A stretch of DNA of 64,000 nt from a bacterium (GTDB lineage: Bacteria; Babelota; Babeliae; Babelales; UASB340), in NCBI GenBank assembly GCA_030629005.1, contig DAOVPV010000002.1, positions 67,932-131,931 on the forward strand. The letters are read 5' to 3'. This document shows, piece by piece, positions 18,872 through 28,702 of the stretch (position 1 is its first letter; every line of letters begins with the position of its first letter). Made by a program: the position numbers and the translations under genes. The notes under the pieces are model-generated. The model had not been told where the DNA came from, ran no database searches, and saw only the letters and a program-made list of their open reading frames with translations.

Positions 18872-20526
18872 TCTATATCTTGTATTAAATTATTTTTAAT
18901 ATCATTTAAAATCTTTTTAATTTTTTCTTCATCGCCTTTAAAAACTATATTTTTTTCAGCATTTAATATGATTTTTGTATTTTTACGTAGAGTAAGTATT
19001 TTGTTGCCTTCAGAAAGAGCAATAATAGGTTTAATAGGTTCTGTTTTTTCGACATATGATGAAATTACGTCAAAAAGGTTTCTCATCGATATACTATGAA
19101 ACGTTCCTATTTTTACTGTATATTCAGCTGGCCTTTGTTTTGCTTTTAATTGTTTAAATCCAGTTAAAAGTAATATTGGAGAAGCTATGGTTGTTAATAT
19201 TATTACAGCAACACATATAATATATTGTTCTGGTGTTAAGAGGTTTGTACCATTTAATATTGTTGCGATAACAAGACCGACTTCTCCTCGAGCGACCATT
19301 GATGAACCAAATAAAAAACTTTCCCAAAAAGACCATAACATTAAAGGTTTCTTTCGATTTTTATTTTTTCTTTTTATAAAAATATTTGTTATTGATGTAC
19401 TTATATAACATCCAACAAGCTTGGATAGAATGGCAACAATTAATATTACAATTACTTTTACCCAACCAAAATAGGTTAAGGATGTGATATTTACTTGCAT
19501 TCCTATTGAGCCTAAAAAGAGAGGTAAAAGTATTGCGTTAACAAATGGGGATATAGCTCTAACAGCCTTGTGTTTTTGATCTCCAGATTTGTGGAATAGT
19601 CCCGAGAAATACGCCCCTGTAATTCCAGCTAATCCACCAAATAGTTCTGCTAAAGAAAAATAAGAAAGCATCATTAATGTAGCAAATGAAGGTATTAGGT
19701 GAGAGAATTTATTTCTCCATAAAAATTTATTAACTGGTTTTATAAGGTAAGTGCCAATTAAAAACATGGCTAAAAATGATAAAACCATTTTTATTATAGC
19801 TATTGAAATATTTGTATTTTTACAACCAATTAAATTACAAATATTATTTCCGAATACTTTATTTTGCAAAAGAATTATGAATATGGAAAATAAAATTATA
19901 GCTAAAATATCATCTATAATTGCAGCGCCAATAGTTGCTTTGGAGGATCTGAGATCCATTTTACCGTAAGAAATGAGCATAGTAATAGGTATAGAAACGC
20001 TTGTAGCTGCAAACACTACTCCTTGGCCTATAGAAGACGCTAAATTGAAACAGTAACCATCCAAAAAATAAAAGGTTGCGGTTATCATAATTATTGGCAT
20101 TATTGCCGCAATCGCTCCAGAAAGGGTTGAAACTAACCCTACTTTAGCCATATCTTTGATATTTGTTTCGTGACCGGCTAGCCAAAGAAGATAGGAAACC
20201 GTTATCGCTGATGATATTAATAGTATAAAAAAGAGAAAAAAGTCGGTTGATGCTATATTACAAATATATTGTTTTGTTGTGTCTAAAAAACTTGTTGTAT
20301 GTTGGAAAATTTTAAGTTGTTGGATTTTTAGAAAAGATGGGCCAAGTATTATTCCTCCAATTATTTGTCCTGCAACAATTGGTAGTTTAAAAGACATTTT
20401 TAACAGTTTACCAATCATTATTGTCGTTAATAATATTATTGCTAAAAAAAGCGCAAATTTTGCTACGAATTCGGCATTTAGACCAGATTCTGTTGCCAAA
20501 GAAATACTAATAGTTTTAAGATCCAT
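18820..20526 (-). CDS. Cation:proton antiporter (Na+/H+ exchanger, CPA-type) with a C-terminal soluble domain
   Basis: About 12 hydrophobic segments. N-terminal LPIVAGQIIGGIILGPSFL is typical of the Na_H_Exchanger family. GGAGA Shine-Dalgarno. Motif copy 4 lies in the leader. Confidence 0.75.
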   Translation of the reverse strand: MDLKTISISLATESGLNAEFVAKFALFLAIILLTTIMIGKLLKMSFKLPIVAGQIIGGIILGPSFLKIQQLKIFQHTTSFLDTTKQYICNIASTDFFLFFILLISSAITVSYLLWLAGHETNIKDMAKVGLVSTLSGAIAAIMPIIMITATFYFLDGYCFNLASSIGQGVVFAATSVSIPITMLISYGKMDLRSSKATIGAAIIDDILAIILFSIFIILLQNKVFGNNICNLIGCKNTNISIAIIKMVLSFLAMFLIGTYLIKPVNKFLWRNKFSHLIPSFATLMMLSYFSLAELFGGLAGITGAYFSGLFHKSGDQKHKAVRAISPFVNAILLPLFLGSIGMQVNITSLTYFGWVKVIVILIVAILSKLVGCYISTSITNIFIKRKNKNRKKPLMLWSFWESFLFGSSMVARGEVGLVIATILNGTNLLTPEQYIICVAVIILTTIASPILLLTGFKQLKAKQRPAEYTVKIGTFHSISMRNLFDVISSYVEKTEPIKPIIALSEGNKILTLRKNTKIILNAEKNIVFKGDEEKIKKILNDIKNNLIQDIEKIPSFTIEELQETFHL

Positions 20527-20540
20527 TTGTTTTCTCCATA

Positions 20541-20561
20541 AACATTAAATGTTTTTTCCGA
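20541..20561 (-). repeat. Dispersed motif copy 4 (one mismatch), 5' leader of the antiporter gene
   Basis: AACATTAAATGTTTTTTCCGA. The minus strand continues TATGGAGAAAACAA-ATG. Fills most of the 40-nt gap after the rlmN stop. Confidence 0.85.
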
Positions 20562-20566
20562 ATTAT

Positions 20567-21604
20567 TTATTCTTTTAATGCAAATTGCCCACATGCCCCA
20601 CTAGACTCTAACCCTTTACTTCTTCTTACTGATACAAAAAAAGATTTTGATTTTAAATAATTTACAAAAATATTGATTTGTTTTTCTTCTGAAGGATGTT
20701 CTGGGAAACTTGCTATTGGATTATATGGTATAAGATTAATTTTTACTTTTAAACCAGATAGTATGCTAATAAGTTTCTTTGCATCTTTAAGGTCATCATT
20801 TATGTCTTTTATCATTATGTATTCTATTGTGATGTTATCGCGTTTGTTTAATTTAATTTGCTTTAGTTCTTCTAATAGATTTTTTAAAGAAAAAGTTTTA
20901 TTTATTGGCATAAATTCTGAGCGTTGTGCTTCTGTTGGAAAATGTAATGAAACTGCTAATTTTATACCATATTTGTTAATGAATTTTGCCAAATTGTTAT
21001 TTATTCCGACCGTAGACAAAGTAATCCGATTTTTTGATAGTCCAAATCCATTTTTATCGATTAGGACTTTGACTGTTTTTTCTACGTTTTTTAGATTTAA
21101 TAGGGGTTCCCCTATACCCATAAAAACAATATTTGTTATCTTGGCAGCTAGTTTATTTTCTACGGCATAATTTTGAATTTGGATGAATTGACCAATTATT
21201 TCTGATGCATTTAGATTTCGTTTGAAATTTAGTTCGCTTCCAGATGCACAAAACTTGCATTTTAATGGACATCCTATCATGCAAGAGAGGCACAGTGTTG
21301 CTCTCTTTTTTTCGAGCATTAATATTGCTTCTATTAGGTTATCATCTATTGTTTTGAGTAAAAATTTGTACGAATTATCTTGTTTAGAATGCTTGATTTT
21401 ATAAATAGATGGTAATTTTATTGTGTAATTTGTATTTAATTTTGTTTTTAATTGATCTGGGACATTGGACATTTGGTCAAAGCAAGTGATGTTTTTTTTA
21501 TATATCCAATTAAATAACTGTGTCGCTCTATATTTGGGTTCGTCTAGAGAACATAAGTTTTCTTCTAGTTCAGATTGGGATAAATCTAATATATTCATAC
21601 TCAT
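20567..21604 (-). CDS. rlmN: 23S rRNA/tRNA (adenine-C2)-methyltransferase, radical SAM
   Basis: YRATQLFNWIYKK, radical-SAM CPLKCKFCASG, IVFMGIGEPLLN and C-terminal ACGQ. Confidence 0.9.
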   Translation of the reverse strand: MSMNILDLSQSELEENLCSLDEPKYRATQLFNWIYKKNITCFDQMSNVPDQLKTKLNTNYTIKLPSIYKIKHSKQDNSYKFLLKTIDDNLIEAILMLEKKRATLCLSCMIGCPLKCKFCASGSELNFKRNLNASEIIGQFIQIQNYAVENKLAAKITNIVFMGIGEPLLNLKNVEKTVKVLIDKNGFGLSKNRITLSTVGINNNLAKFINKYGIKLAVSLHFPTEAQRSEFMPINKTFSLKNLLEELKQIKLNKRDNITIEYIMIKDINDDLKDAKKLISILSGLKVKINLIPYNPIASFPEHPSEEKQINIFVNYLKSKSFFVSVRRSKGLESSGACGQFALKE

Positions 21605-21712
21605 ACAAATTAAAAAAAATCCTTATATATTCTTTATATGTTGTTATTTTATGATAGTTTTACAGGTAATTTTAAAATTTACAAGCGTAGCCTTATAATG
21701 AGCTCTAATTTT

Positions 21713-22516
21713 TTACTTTTTGGCTGCTTCTTTTGCTTTTTTTAACACGTTTATAACATATGTATGCTTGTTCTTTTCAGCAATCATTAAAGCAGTCCAG
21801 CCGTCTCTCCTTTTTATGTCCAAGTCAGCTTTGCCAGCAATTAAGGCTTTTAATATATCCACATGCCCGTTCAGTGCAGCAATCATTAAAGCAGTCCAGC
21901 CGTCTTTCATTGTTGCGTCCAAGTCAGCTTTGCTTTCAATTAAGGCTATTACAACCTCCACATGCCCGTTCTGTGCAGCAAGCATTAAAGCAGTCCAGCC
22001 GTCAGAATTTTTTATGTCCAAGTCAGCTTTGCCAGCAATTAAGGCTTTTACAACCTCCACATGCCCATTGATTGCAGCAAGCCCTAAAGCAGTCCTGCCT
22101 CTGTTATCTTTTTTATTAATATTTTTTATATTAAACTTGTATGCCTCTAACCATTTATTAAAAATATCTTGCTTTAAGGCGTCAATATTTTTATAAACTC
22201 CATTTGTTAATAGTTGATTCTGCCAAATGGTTACGTTTTCAATAATAAAAGCCGAACATGAAGGTAGTGTTAAGCTACCAATAGAAAGAGAGCCATTAAT
22301 TTGAATATTCTTTAATTTTACAATAACTCTTTCAGCAATGTCACATTCAGAAAAGACCAATGGACCTTTTATAGGTAAATCGTTAATTTCAAATTTTTCA
22401 TAACTTTTCTTCGAAGATAAATCTATATTGTTAAATGATTTATTAACAAGTAAAATATTTAATATTAAGAAAGACAAAATTTTGTAATTTGTAGATTTAA
22501 ACATAAAAGACCTCAT
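21713..22516 (-). CDS. Secreted ankyrin-repeat protein (about 4 ANK repeats)
   Basis: N-terminal hydrophobic signal-like segment. Repeats of the form GWTALM.AA.NGHVEVV.ALI..KADLD. Confidence 0.9.
   Translation of the reverse strand: MRSFMFKSTNYKILSFLILNILLVNKSFNNIDLSSKKSYEKFEINDLPIKGPLVFSECDIAERVIVKLKNIQINGSLSIGSLTLPSCSAFIIENVTIWQNQLLTNGVYKNIDALKQDIFNKWLEAYKFNIKNINKKDNRGRTALGLAAINGHVEVVKALIAGKADLDIKNSDGWTALMLAAQNGHVEVVIALIESKADLDATMKDGWTALMIAALNGHVDILKALIAGKADLDIKRRDGWTALMIAEKNKHTYVINVLKKAKEAAKK
21752..22108 (-). repeat. 99-bp tandem coding repeats (ankyrin units)
   Basis: ATCATTAAAGCAGTCCAGCCGTC recurs at 21783, 21882 and (one mismatch) 21981, an exact 99-bp period. Confidence 0.9.
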
Positions 22517-22621
22517 TTTTTTATAAAAGAAGTAGAGCTATTTAAAATAATGATAATAATTAGACTTTAAAGTCAAGAAATTATCACTTTGTTCTAACAC
22601 TTGTCTTGAACCAGATACATG

Positions 22622-22649
22622 TTGACATAATTTGTTTTTAACTATAAAT
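22622..22649 (+). promoter_or_regulatory. Candidate sigma70-type promoter for tRNA-Gly
   Basis: Perfect TTGACA (22622-22627) followed after about 15-17 nt by TATAAAT, roughly 36 nt upstream of the tRNA 5' end. Confidence 0.4.
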
Positions 22650-22684
22650 TTTTAGCATATTAATTTGATATTTATATCGTTAAT

Positions 22685-22759
22685 GCGGGAGTAGCTCAGT
22701 GGTAGAGCATTGCCTTGCCAAGGCAAGGGTCGCGAGTTCAAATCTCGTCTCCCGCTCCA
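22685..22759 (+). tRNA. tRNA-Gly (anticodon GCC), CCA encoded
   Basis: Manual cloverleaf: acceptor GCGGGAG/CTCCCGC, D arm GCTC..GAGC, anticodon stem TTGCC/GGCAA with loop TTGCCAA, T arm GCGAG-TTCAAAT-CTCGT, 3' TCCA. Confidence 0.9.
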
Positions 22760-22925
22760 CCCTACGCATAAAGCTACGGGTGGCAGGCCATCCGCCTACG
22801 CTCTTTGAGCTCAATTTCCCCCTATTGTTTATTTTTTGTTCTAATTTAAACTATGTTTAAGAGTTTTTACTTAATATTGTTAGTAAAAATAGTTTATTTA
22901 TTTTATTCTCTAAAGGATTTATTTA

Positions 22926-23510
22926 ATGAAATCTATATTACAACAGGATTCTTCTGTTTTAAAGGCTATAGAAAAGGCTTGGAACTCTTGTGGTTGCCCT
23001 GCTGAGTTTTCAATTTGTATTTTGAGCACAGAAGAAAAGAATTTTTTTGGTATTGTAAAAAAACCTGCCGTTATTTCATTTAGTTTTTTACCAGAAAAAC
23101 GTACAAAAAAGATTTTATCTGATCAGAAAAAAGGATTTGATTACAAGGGTAAAAAGATAGATTTGTCTAATGCAAAAAATATTAAGACTAAAAAAGAATC
23201 TTATATAAAAGATCGAGATAAAAAAGAATTAGATCCTTCGTTCCATGTTTTCTGGAAAAAAGAATATGTTGATTTTGTAGAAGAAAGTCTTAAAGATATC
23301 TTCCGTATAATTGGTTTTGACTCAGATTTTAGTTTTACTGTTGATAATAAGATGCTTAATCTTTTCATTGATAAAAAAGTTTTGGGGGACTTTGAAGATG
23401 AAAAAATGTTTTTTATAAGCATGTCTAACTTATTAATACAGTTTTTAAGAAAAAAATTTAAAAAGAAATTTTCTAGTCATTATTTGATAATGCATTTTAA
23501 AAAAAGCTGA
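22926..23510 (+). CDS. Jag/KhpB-like RNA-binding protein (Jag_N plus KH-like region)
   Basis: N-terminus VLKAIEKAWNSCGCPAEFSICILSTEEKNFFGIVKKPAVISF resembles a Jag_N domain. It sits directly upstream of mnmE, as in the conserved jag-mnmE arrangement. Weak call. Confidence 0.5.
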   Translation: MKSILQQDSSVLKAIEKAWNSCGCPAEFSICILSTEEKNFFGIVKKPAVISFSFLPEKRTKKILSDQKKGFDYKGKKIDLSNAKNIKTKKESYIKDRDKKELDPSFHVFWKKEYVDFVEESLKDIFRIIGFDSDFSFTVDNKMLNLFIDKKVLGDFEDEKMFFISMSNLLIQFLRKKFKKKFSSHYLIMHFKKS

Positions 23511-23511
23511 A

Positions 23512-24933
23512 ATGAATTATTTGCATCAAAAAAAATTGACATTTGATCAAGATACGATAGTCGCTCTTTCTACTCCCAAAGGTAGTGGTGCTATTGCTAT
23601 TATAAGATTATCTGGACAAGATTCTTTAGATATTGCAGATAAAATCTCTAGATTATCTAATGGTGAAAAAATAGTTGATTGCAAAAGTCATACAATAAAG
23701 CATGGCTTTGTTGTAGATAAAAAAACAGAACAAGATATAGATGAAGTTTTGTTTTTTATAATGCGTCTACCTAGAACGTTTACTGGTCAAGATATTGTAG
23801 AAATAAGTTGTCATAATAACCAGTTTATTATTGAAAATATTGTTGCGTTATCTATATTTGCTGGAGCTCGTCTTGCAAAGCCGGGAGAATTTGCTCAAAG
23901 GGCATTTTTGAATGGCAAGATAGATTTGGTACAAGCTGAGTCTATTAACGATCTTATTGGTGCTCAGACTCAATTGGCAGTACAAAAATCCTTAAGTCAG
24001 GTTAAAGGTAGTCTATCTAATTTTATTTTAAAAATAGAAGAAAAATTATTATATATTCTCGCTTTGGTAGAAGGCAGTTTTGAATTTTTGGAAGAAGAAG
24101 CCAGAGATTTAGATATGGATAATCTTATTAGAAATAGCATTGATAATTTATTGAATGAGTTAAACCAGTTAAAAGATAGCTTTAATATTCAGCAACAAAT
24201 TAAAAATGGTATAAAGATAAGTCTTGTTGGTTATACAAATGTGGGCAAATCGACTCTTTTTAATGCTCTTTTGGGTAAGAATAGATCAATTGTAACCCAT
24301 ATAGAAGGAACAACTAGAGATGTTATAGAGTCTAACTTGTACAAAAATGGTAGTTTTTGGCAATTAACAGATACGGCTGGCTTAAGAGATACAACAGACT
24401 TTATGGAAAAAGAAGGTATTGAGCGTTCTTTAGAACAGATAAAAGTTTCTGATATTGTTGTATTAATTTTAGATTCTTCTAAGTCTTTGATCACTGATCA
24501 GATAAAATTGTATGATAATATAGTGAAATTTTACAGGGATAAAATTATTTTTGTTGCAAATAAATCTGATATAAAAGAATCTAAAAAAATATTATTAAAA
24601 TTAAATCAGATTTTTAATACAAAGTTTTTGGCAGTTTCTGGAAAAAACAAAATAGGTCTTGATTTGTTGGAAGCTGAGATAGAAAAAATGGTTCAAAAGA
24701 TGTTTAAGGAGTTTAAATCGCCTTTTTTGCTTAATAAAAGACAGATTAGTACACTTGTTGAATTAATTGGTGATTTGGAGTTTATAAAACAAAGTTTCTT
24801 GCAATCTTTAGAATATGAGCTTATAGCCCATCATATTAAAAATATACTTGGTAAGTTGACAGAGTTAACAGGAAAAAACATTAACGAAAAATTGTTAGAT
24901 AAAATTTTCAAAGATTTTTGTGTTGGTAAATAA
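23512..24933 (+). CDS. mnmE: tRNA modification GTPase MnmE
   Basis: DTIVALSTPKGSGAIAIIRLSG, G-domain GYTNVGKSTLFNAL / DTAGLR / NKSD, and the C-terminal FCVGK (CxGK) motif. Confidence 0.95.
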   Translation: MNYLHQKKLTFDQDTIVALSTPKGSGAIAIIRLSGQDSLDIADKISRLSNGEKIVDCKSHTIKHGFVVDKKTEQDIDEVLFFIMRLPRTFTGQDIVEISCHNNQFIIENIVALSIFAGARLAKPGEFAQRAFLNGKIDLVQAESINDLIGAQTQLAVQKSLSQVKGSLSNFILKIEEKLLYILALVEGSFEFLEEEARDLDMDNLIRNSIDNLLNELNQLKDSFNIQQQIKNGIKISLVGYTNVGKSTLFNALLGKNRSIVTHIEGTTRDVIESNLYKNGSFWQLTDTAGLRDTTDFMEKEGIERSLEQIKVSDIVVLILDSSKSLITDQIKLYDNIVKFYRDKIIFVANKSDIKESKKILLKLNQIFNTKFLAVSGKNKIGLDLLEAEIEKMVQKMFKEFKSPFLLNKRQISTLVELIGDLEFIKQSFLQSLEYELIAHHIKNILGKLTELTGKNINEKLLDKIFKDFCVGK

Positions 24934-25018
24934 ATCTTATTCTTTAATTAATCTTTTTATAATAATTTGCAAAACTTTTTGTTTGGATTAAATTTTTATC
25001 AGAGAGTTTAAAAATTAT

Positions 25019-25040
25019 ATCGGAAGAAACATTTAATGTT
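25019..25040 (+). repeat. Dispersed motif copy 5 (exact), 5' leader of ORF 25058..26029; the only copy in the opposite absolute orientation
   Basis: ATCGGAAGAAACATTTAATGTT-AAAGAGGAGATTTTTTA-ATG. Confidence 0.9.
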
Positions 25041-25057
25041 AAAGAGGAGATTTTTTA

Positions 25058-26029
25058 ATGAATAGTGTTCTTTTGTTTAGAAAAAGCTTATTAATATTGT
25101 TTATTGGGCTTTGTTCCAATGTTTATATTAGTGCTAGCCAGCAAAGTGGAAATTTGCAAAATTCGGTTTTACCTTTTTTAAGCAATATTGTTCAGGCAAT
25201 GAATTCTCAACAGCAAGCGCAAAAAATAGATGATAATCGTAAAGAGAATCTACCTAAAAAAGAAGTTATACATTTTATTTCCAGTGATAATATTTTGCCT
25301 AAAAATTATTTTATTCAAGGTAGAAGTTTTTATATTGATTTAGATATTTTAAAAAGTTCCGAAGAATCTCAAGTGAATGCTTGTTCTAATATCAGTTGTA
25401 TGAATGAAATATTTAATTTAGCAAGTAAATTAAAAGAAAATGGGACTATTGATAAAATTGTTGTTAATGCTTCCATGCCATTTTATACATACAATGAATA
25501 TAGGCAGCCTGGTTTATTTAATATAATAAATAAAGATATTTTATATAAAGCTGAAATAGAAAAAATAGATCCTATCTATGTGGAGTATTTGGGAAAAATT
25601 ACAAATTTAATTTTAGATTCATCTGTTGATGTTATTGTTTATAAAAATGAAGATGTTAAATATGAGCATAATGTTATTCAAGCTTCGGACAATCATATGT
25701 TGCATGTATTTATGGTGGAGTCAGAAGACGATTTCTTGAGTTTCAGTGAAGAATTAAATGTTGGGACAAGAGATTTAACAGAACTTACTGTATATCCATA
25801 TACATTCCGTATTAATCTTTTTCATTATTTTCCTCCTACAACTGATTACGAAACTGTTACTATAGAGACAAGTGCTGTGGCGGCAGATTTAACTTTGAAC
25901 AATGCATTAAATGTTGCTATAAATGATACTATTGATATAAAAACAGAGGGGATTGATTCTATAAGTGCTAAATTAGTATATCCAATAACAGGTGATCTTG
26001 TAAAATTACAAGTTCAAGGTGTAATGTAA
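25058..26029 (+). CDS. Hypothetical secreted protein
   Basis: Signal-peptide-like LLILFIGLCSNVYISA. AGAGGAGA Shine-Dalgarno. Motif copy 5 lies 17 nt upstream of the ATG. Confidence 0.5.
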   Translation: MNSVLLFRKSLLILFIGLCSNVYISASQQSGNLQNSVLPFLSNIVQAMNSQQQAQKIDDNRKENLPKKEVIHFISSDNILPKNYFIQGRSFYIDLDILKSSEESQVNACSNISCMNEIFNLASKLKENGTIDKIVVNASMPFYTYNEYRQPGLFNIINKDILYKAEIEKIDPIYVEYLGKITNLILDSSVDVIVYKNEDVKYEHNVIQASDNHMLHVFMVESEDDFLSFSEELNVGTRDLTELTVYPYTFRINLFHYFPPTTDYETVTIETSAVAADLTLNNALNVAINDTIDIKTEGIDSISAKLVYPITGDLVKLQVQGVM

Positions 26030-26048
26030 AAGAACGCACGCATACAAA

Positions 26049-26078
26049 AAAAGGGGCTGCATTTTGCAGCCCCTTTTT
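26049..26078. terminator. Bidirectional rho-independent terminator
   Basis: GGGGCTGC-ATTTT-GCAGCCCC hairpin flanked by an A-run and a T-run, between convergent genes ending at 26029 (+) and 26098 (-). Confidence 0.75.
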
Positions 26079-26097
26079 AGTTTAAATTGAAAAAAAA

Positions 26098-26421
26098 TTA
26101 ACCAAGAAGTTCTTCAATTTTAGCTTTTAATGTTTCTTTTTCTATAAAGCCAAGCTCTCTGCCAACAACGTTACTATCTTTTAAAAAAACAAATGTTGGA
26201 ATAGAAGAAACATTATATTTAACGGCTATATCTCTTTCCTCATCAACATTTACTTTTGCAAATTTATATTTATCACTCATTTCTTTGGATAACTCTTCAA
26301 AAATTGGGATCATATATTGACAAGGTCCACACCATACTGCAAAAACATCTATAATTACAGGTTTGTCAGAATTTGTTATTTCTTGTTCAAAGTTTTGTGA
26401 GTTTAAAGTGATAACTGCCAT
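26098..26421 (-). CDS. trxA: Thioredoxin
   Basis: 107 aa with a WCGPC active site and typical thioredoxin length and context. Confidence 0.9.
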   Translation of the reverse strand: MAVITLNSQNFEQEITNSDKPVIIDVFAVWCGPCQYMIPIFEELSKEMSDKYKFAKVNVDEERDIAVKYNVSSIPTFVFLKDSNVVGRELGFIEKETLKAKIEELLG

Positions 26422-26495
26422 TTTGGCTCCTATCTAATTTATAAATATTTATTTTTTTTGTTATAAATTAAATTTAACAGTTAGGTTTTTTTTGT

Positions 26496-28508
26496 CTAAT
26501 TCATAGATTTTATAAATTTAAAGAATTTTTCTTCATCCTTTGGAGTAAGTTTTGATTGTTCTACAGACATCCAGTCATTGTGTCTTTTTTCTGCAAATCT
26601 AGAGAATTTATTAAACCAAACACCGTGGTTATGTTCTAATTTTTTATTAATACGTTTAAAATTTTTTGGTGTTTTTATTTTGGAAAGCATTAGTGCTGAT
26701 AAATGATTAGCGTATATTTTTTTTGATAGAAGCCATTTTTGATGTATGTTAAATTCGGAGTTAAAGGTTAATAATTGTAATGGATTGTCTTTAGAGCTTA
26801 GCCCACTATAAAGTCCTGTATAAAACCAATTGGTAGATATATTTGGAGCGTAACATCCTATAATTCCATTTTCAATTTTATTATTAACTATATTTTTTAT
26901 TTTTTTACCAATATTAATAGCTTGATTTTTTAGAAATTTAAAATATAGGTTTGATTCTTTATTTTTTATTAGATCATTTATGTTTGTTCTTCCGAATTTT
27001 TTTATATTTTCTAAGTTAAAACCTGTGGTATCTAAAAAATTGCTGGAAGTTTTTCTGCAATACATTTCTAAATCTAGTACAATACCTGATATTTTTATAT
27101 TGTTGTTAACATTTGGTTCTTGCCATTTATCTAGGAATTTATTTAAAGGGTTTAAAACTTCTTGATTCCAAAAGCTATTATCTATTGGGTTTGGTATGTC
27201 TCTATATATATTTTTGTATATATCTACGGCATGTTTTTTAGGTAAATTTGGTTCATATAAGTTATTTGCGATTTCAAATCCAATTAAAATTTTAGGTCTT
27301 TTAATATTTAATTTTTGGCACGATTTGTTTAGTTTTTTTGTGAATAGGCTTATTGATTTTATAAATACATTTGTTTTTGATTTTTTCTTTGCTATTGGGC
27401 TATAGTACATCTGTGGATTTAATGTTATCCATAATGTTAATCCTGGGCTAGATTTCGTGATGCTATTTATAAGTTTATCTTGTGCATTTATGGCGGCAGA
27501 ATCTGTTTTTTCGAATATATTCATATCAAGCCAGGCTACTTTTTTAAGATGAGCTGCTTTTTTTGTTTCAATTTTGTTTCCCATATTTTTAATATGGCTT
27601 GGTAGTTTTGATATTTTGATATTTTTAAGTTTAGTGTAATCAATAACATTAAATGTTTCTTCCGATTTACTATTGTTATTATTAAAAATATATTTTAGTT
27701 CTGTTAGCATTATTAGCACATTTTTATGAATGTTTTTTCTTAATTCAAAATTTGTAGGGCAAAAATGAAAATTTTCTGATATTCCAGAAAATGATAGCAA
27801 AGAATTGCTTGTTATAAATATAGAATTATTATTTTTTAACCAATATATACCGTATGGGGTTAGTGAGTTAATGTTATCATGTTTTATAGAATTTATCGGT
27901 AAAGTTGTAAAAGAATTGGTGTTTATATTTTGAGTATTTTTGGTAATTTTATGAGTTGCTTCAGATAATGTTGTTTCGTAATTTCCTCTTTTTGATTCGA
28001 ATGGAACATTTAAATAATTATTAATAATTTTAAATTCCATTGAGTTTACTATGTTTCCTTTTTCAATAAAACCATTTACAGACATGTTTATATTTAGACA
28101 GTTGAATAATGGTGCAAATAATAAAAGCTTATTTTTTATATTATGATTGTTTATTGGTGGTAGCATAAAGCTAATTAATTTATTTTTATTTTGAGCAAAG
28201 TTTTTTAGTAATTTTAAAAATTTTATAGAGACTTGAGATCTTGTTGCGATTCCTTTTAAAAATTCGATTCCTGTAATAAAAAATATGCCATCATAGTCTG
28301 TACTATTTAAGTATTCTTCTTCATCTAAAATATCTGCAATAGATTTGTAATCTATTTTAAAACCGGCAGTATTTGCTAGTTCTACAAAACTATTATATTT
28401 GTATATTTCTGTATTATTTGTATCTATTAAAGCAATATTTATGGTTTTACAATTTGTTTTAACTGAGTATAAAAATACAAAAAATAGAAAAAATATGAAT
28501 TTTTTCAT
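26496..28508 (-). CDS. Large hypothetical secreted protein (670 aa)
   Basis: Signal peptide MKKFIFFLFFVFLYSV. No confident family assignment. Carries motif copy 6 in frame (SEETFNV). Confidence 0.5.
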   Translation of the reverse strand: MKKFIFFLFFVFLYSVKTNCKTINIALIDTNNTEIYKYNSFVELANTAGFKIDYKSIADILDEEEYLNSTDYDGIFFITGIEFLKGIATRSQVSIKFLKLLKNFAQNKNKLISFMLPPINNHNIKNKLLLFAPLFNCLNINMSVNGFIEKGNIVNSMEFKIINNYLNVPFESKRGNYETTLSEATHKITKNTQNINTNSFTTLPINSIKHDNINSLTPYGIYWLKNNNSIFITSNSLLSFSGISENFHFCPTNFELRKNIHKNVLIMLTELKYIFNNNNSKSEETFNVIDYTKLKNIKISKLPSHIKNMGNKIETKKAAHLKKVAWLDMNIFEKTDSAAINAQDKLINSITKSSPGLTLWITLNPQMYYSPIAKKKSKTNVFIKSISLFTKKLNKSCQKLNIKRPKILIGFEIANNLYEPNLPKKHAVDIYKNIYRDIPNPIDNSFWNQEVLNPLNKFLDKWQEPNVNNNIKISGIVLDLEMYCRKTSSNFLDTTGFNLENIKKFGRTNINDLIKNKESNLYFKFLKNQAINIGKKIKNIVNNKIENGIIGCYAPNISTNWFYTGLYSGLSSKDNPLQLLTFNSEFNIHQKWLLSKKIYANHLSALMLSKIKTPKNFKRINKKLEHNHGVWFNKFSRFAEKRHNDWMSVEQSKLTPKDEEKFFKFIKSMN
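27645..27666 (-). repeat. Dispersed motif copy 6 (exact), inside ORF 26496..28508
   Basis: Read in frame on the minus strand as SEETFNV at about residue 282. Confidence 0.9.
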
Positions 28509-28702
28509 GAATTCCCTTTCCCCTTCCCCAAGGTTTTTTATAGTTGTCGCAAGTTTTACCTATTGATCAACTATTAAGAGAATATGTTTTTTATATTCAG
28601 ATAGTCAATAATTACATAAATTGAAAGAATAAGACCTTAGATTTATTGTTTGTCTACTTTGACATTTATGAAATGTACTGTTTTTTTGCCGGTTAATTAT
28701 TA

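Noticed and set aside
21720-22196. Plus-strand ORFs of 158 and 103 aa
   Set aside because: They are antisense to the ankyrin-repeat gene. Their periodic repetitive translations mirror the ANK DNA repeats, and the ANK frame has clear family signatures.
25019-25040. Reading the motif's TTTAAT as a -10 promoter hexamer
   Set aside because: The distance from TTTAAT to the start codon would be 4, 12, 17 and 20 nt in the four leader copies. The 4-nt case places the ATG upstream of any plausible transcription start, and no conserved -35 lies at a fixed distance. A pure promoter model does not fit all copies, so it is kept only as one option in the finding.
26121-26150. Partial resemblance to the dispersed motif (TTTTAATGTTTCTTTT) inside trxA
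   Set aside because: Only about 10 contiguous matching nt in an AT-rich coding context, and the palindrome half is missing. I treated it as coincidence.
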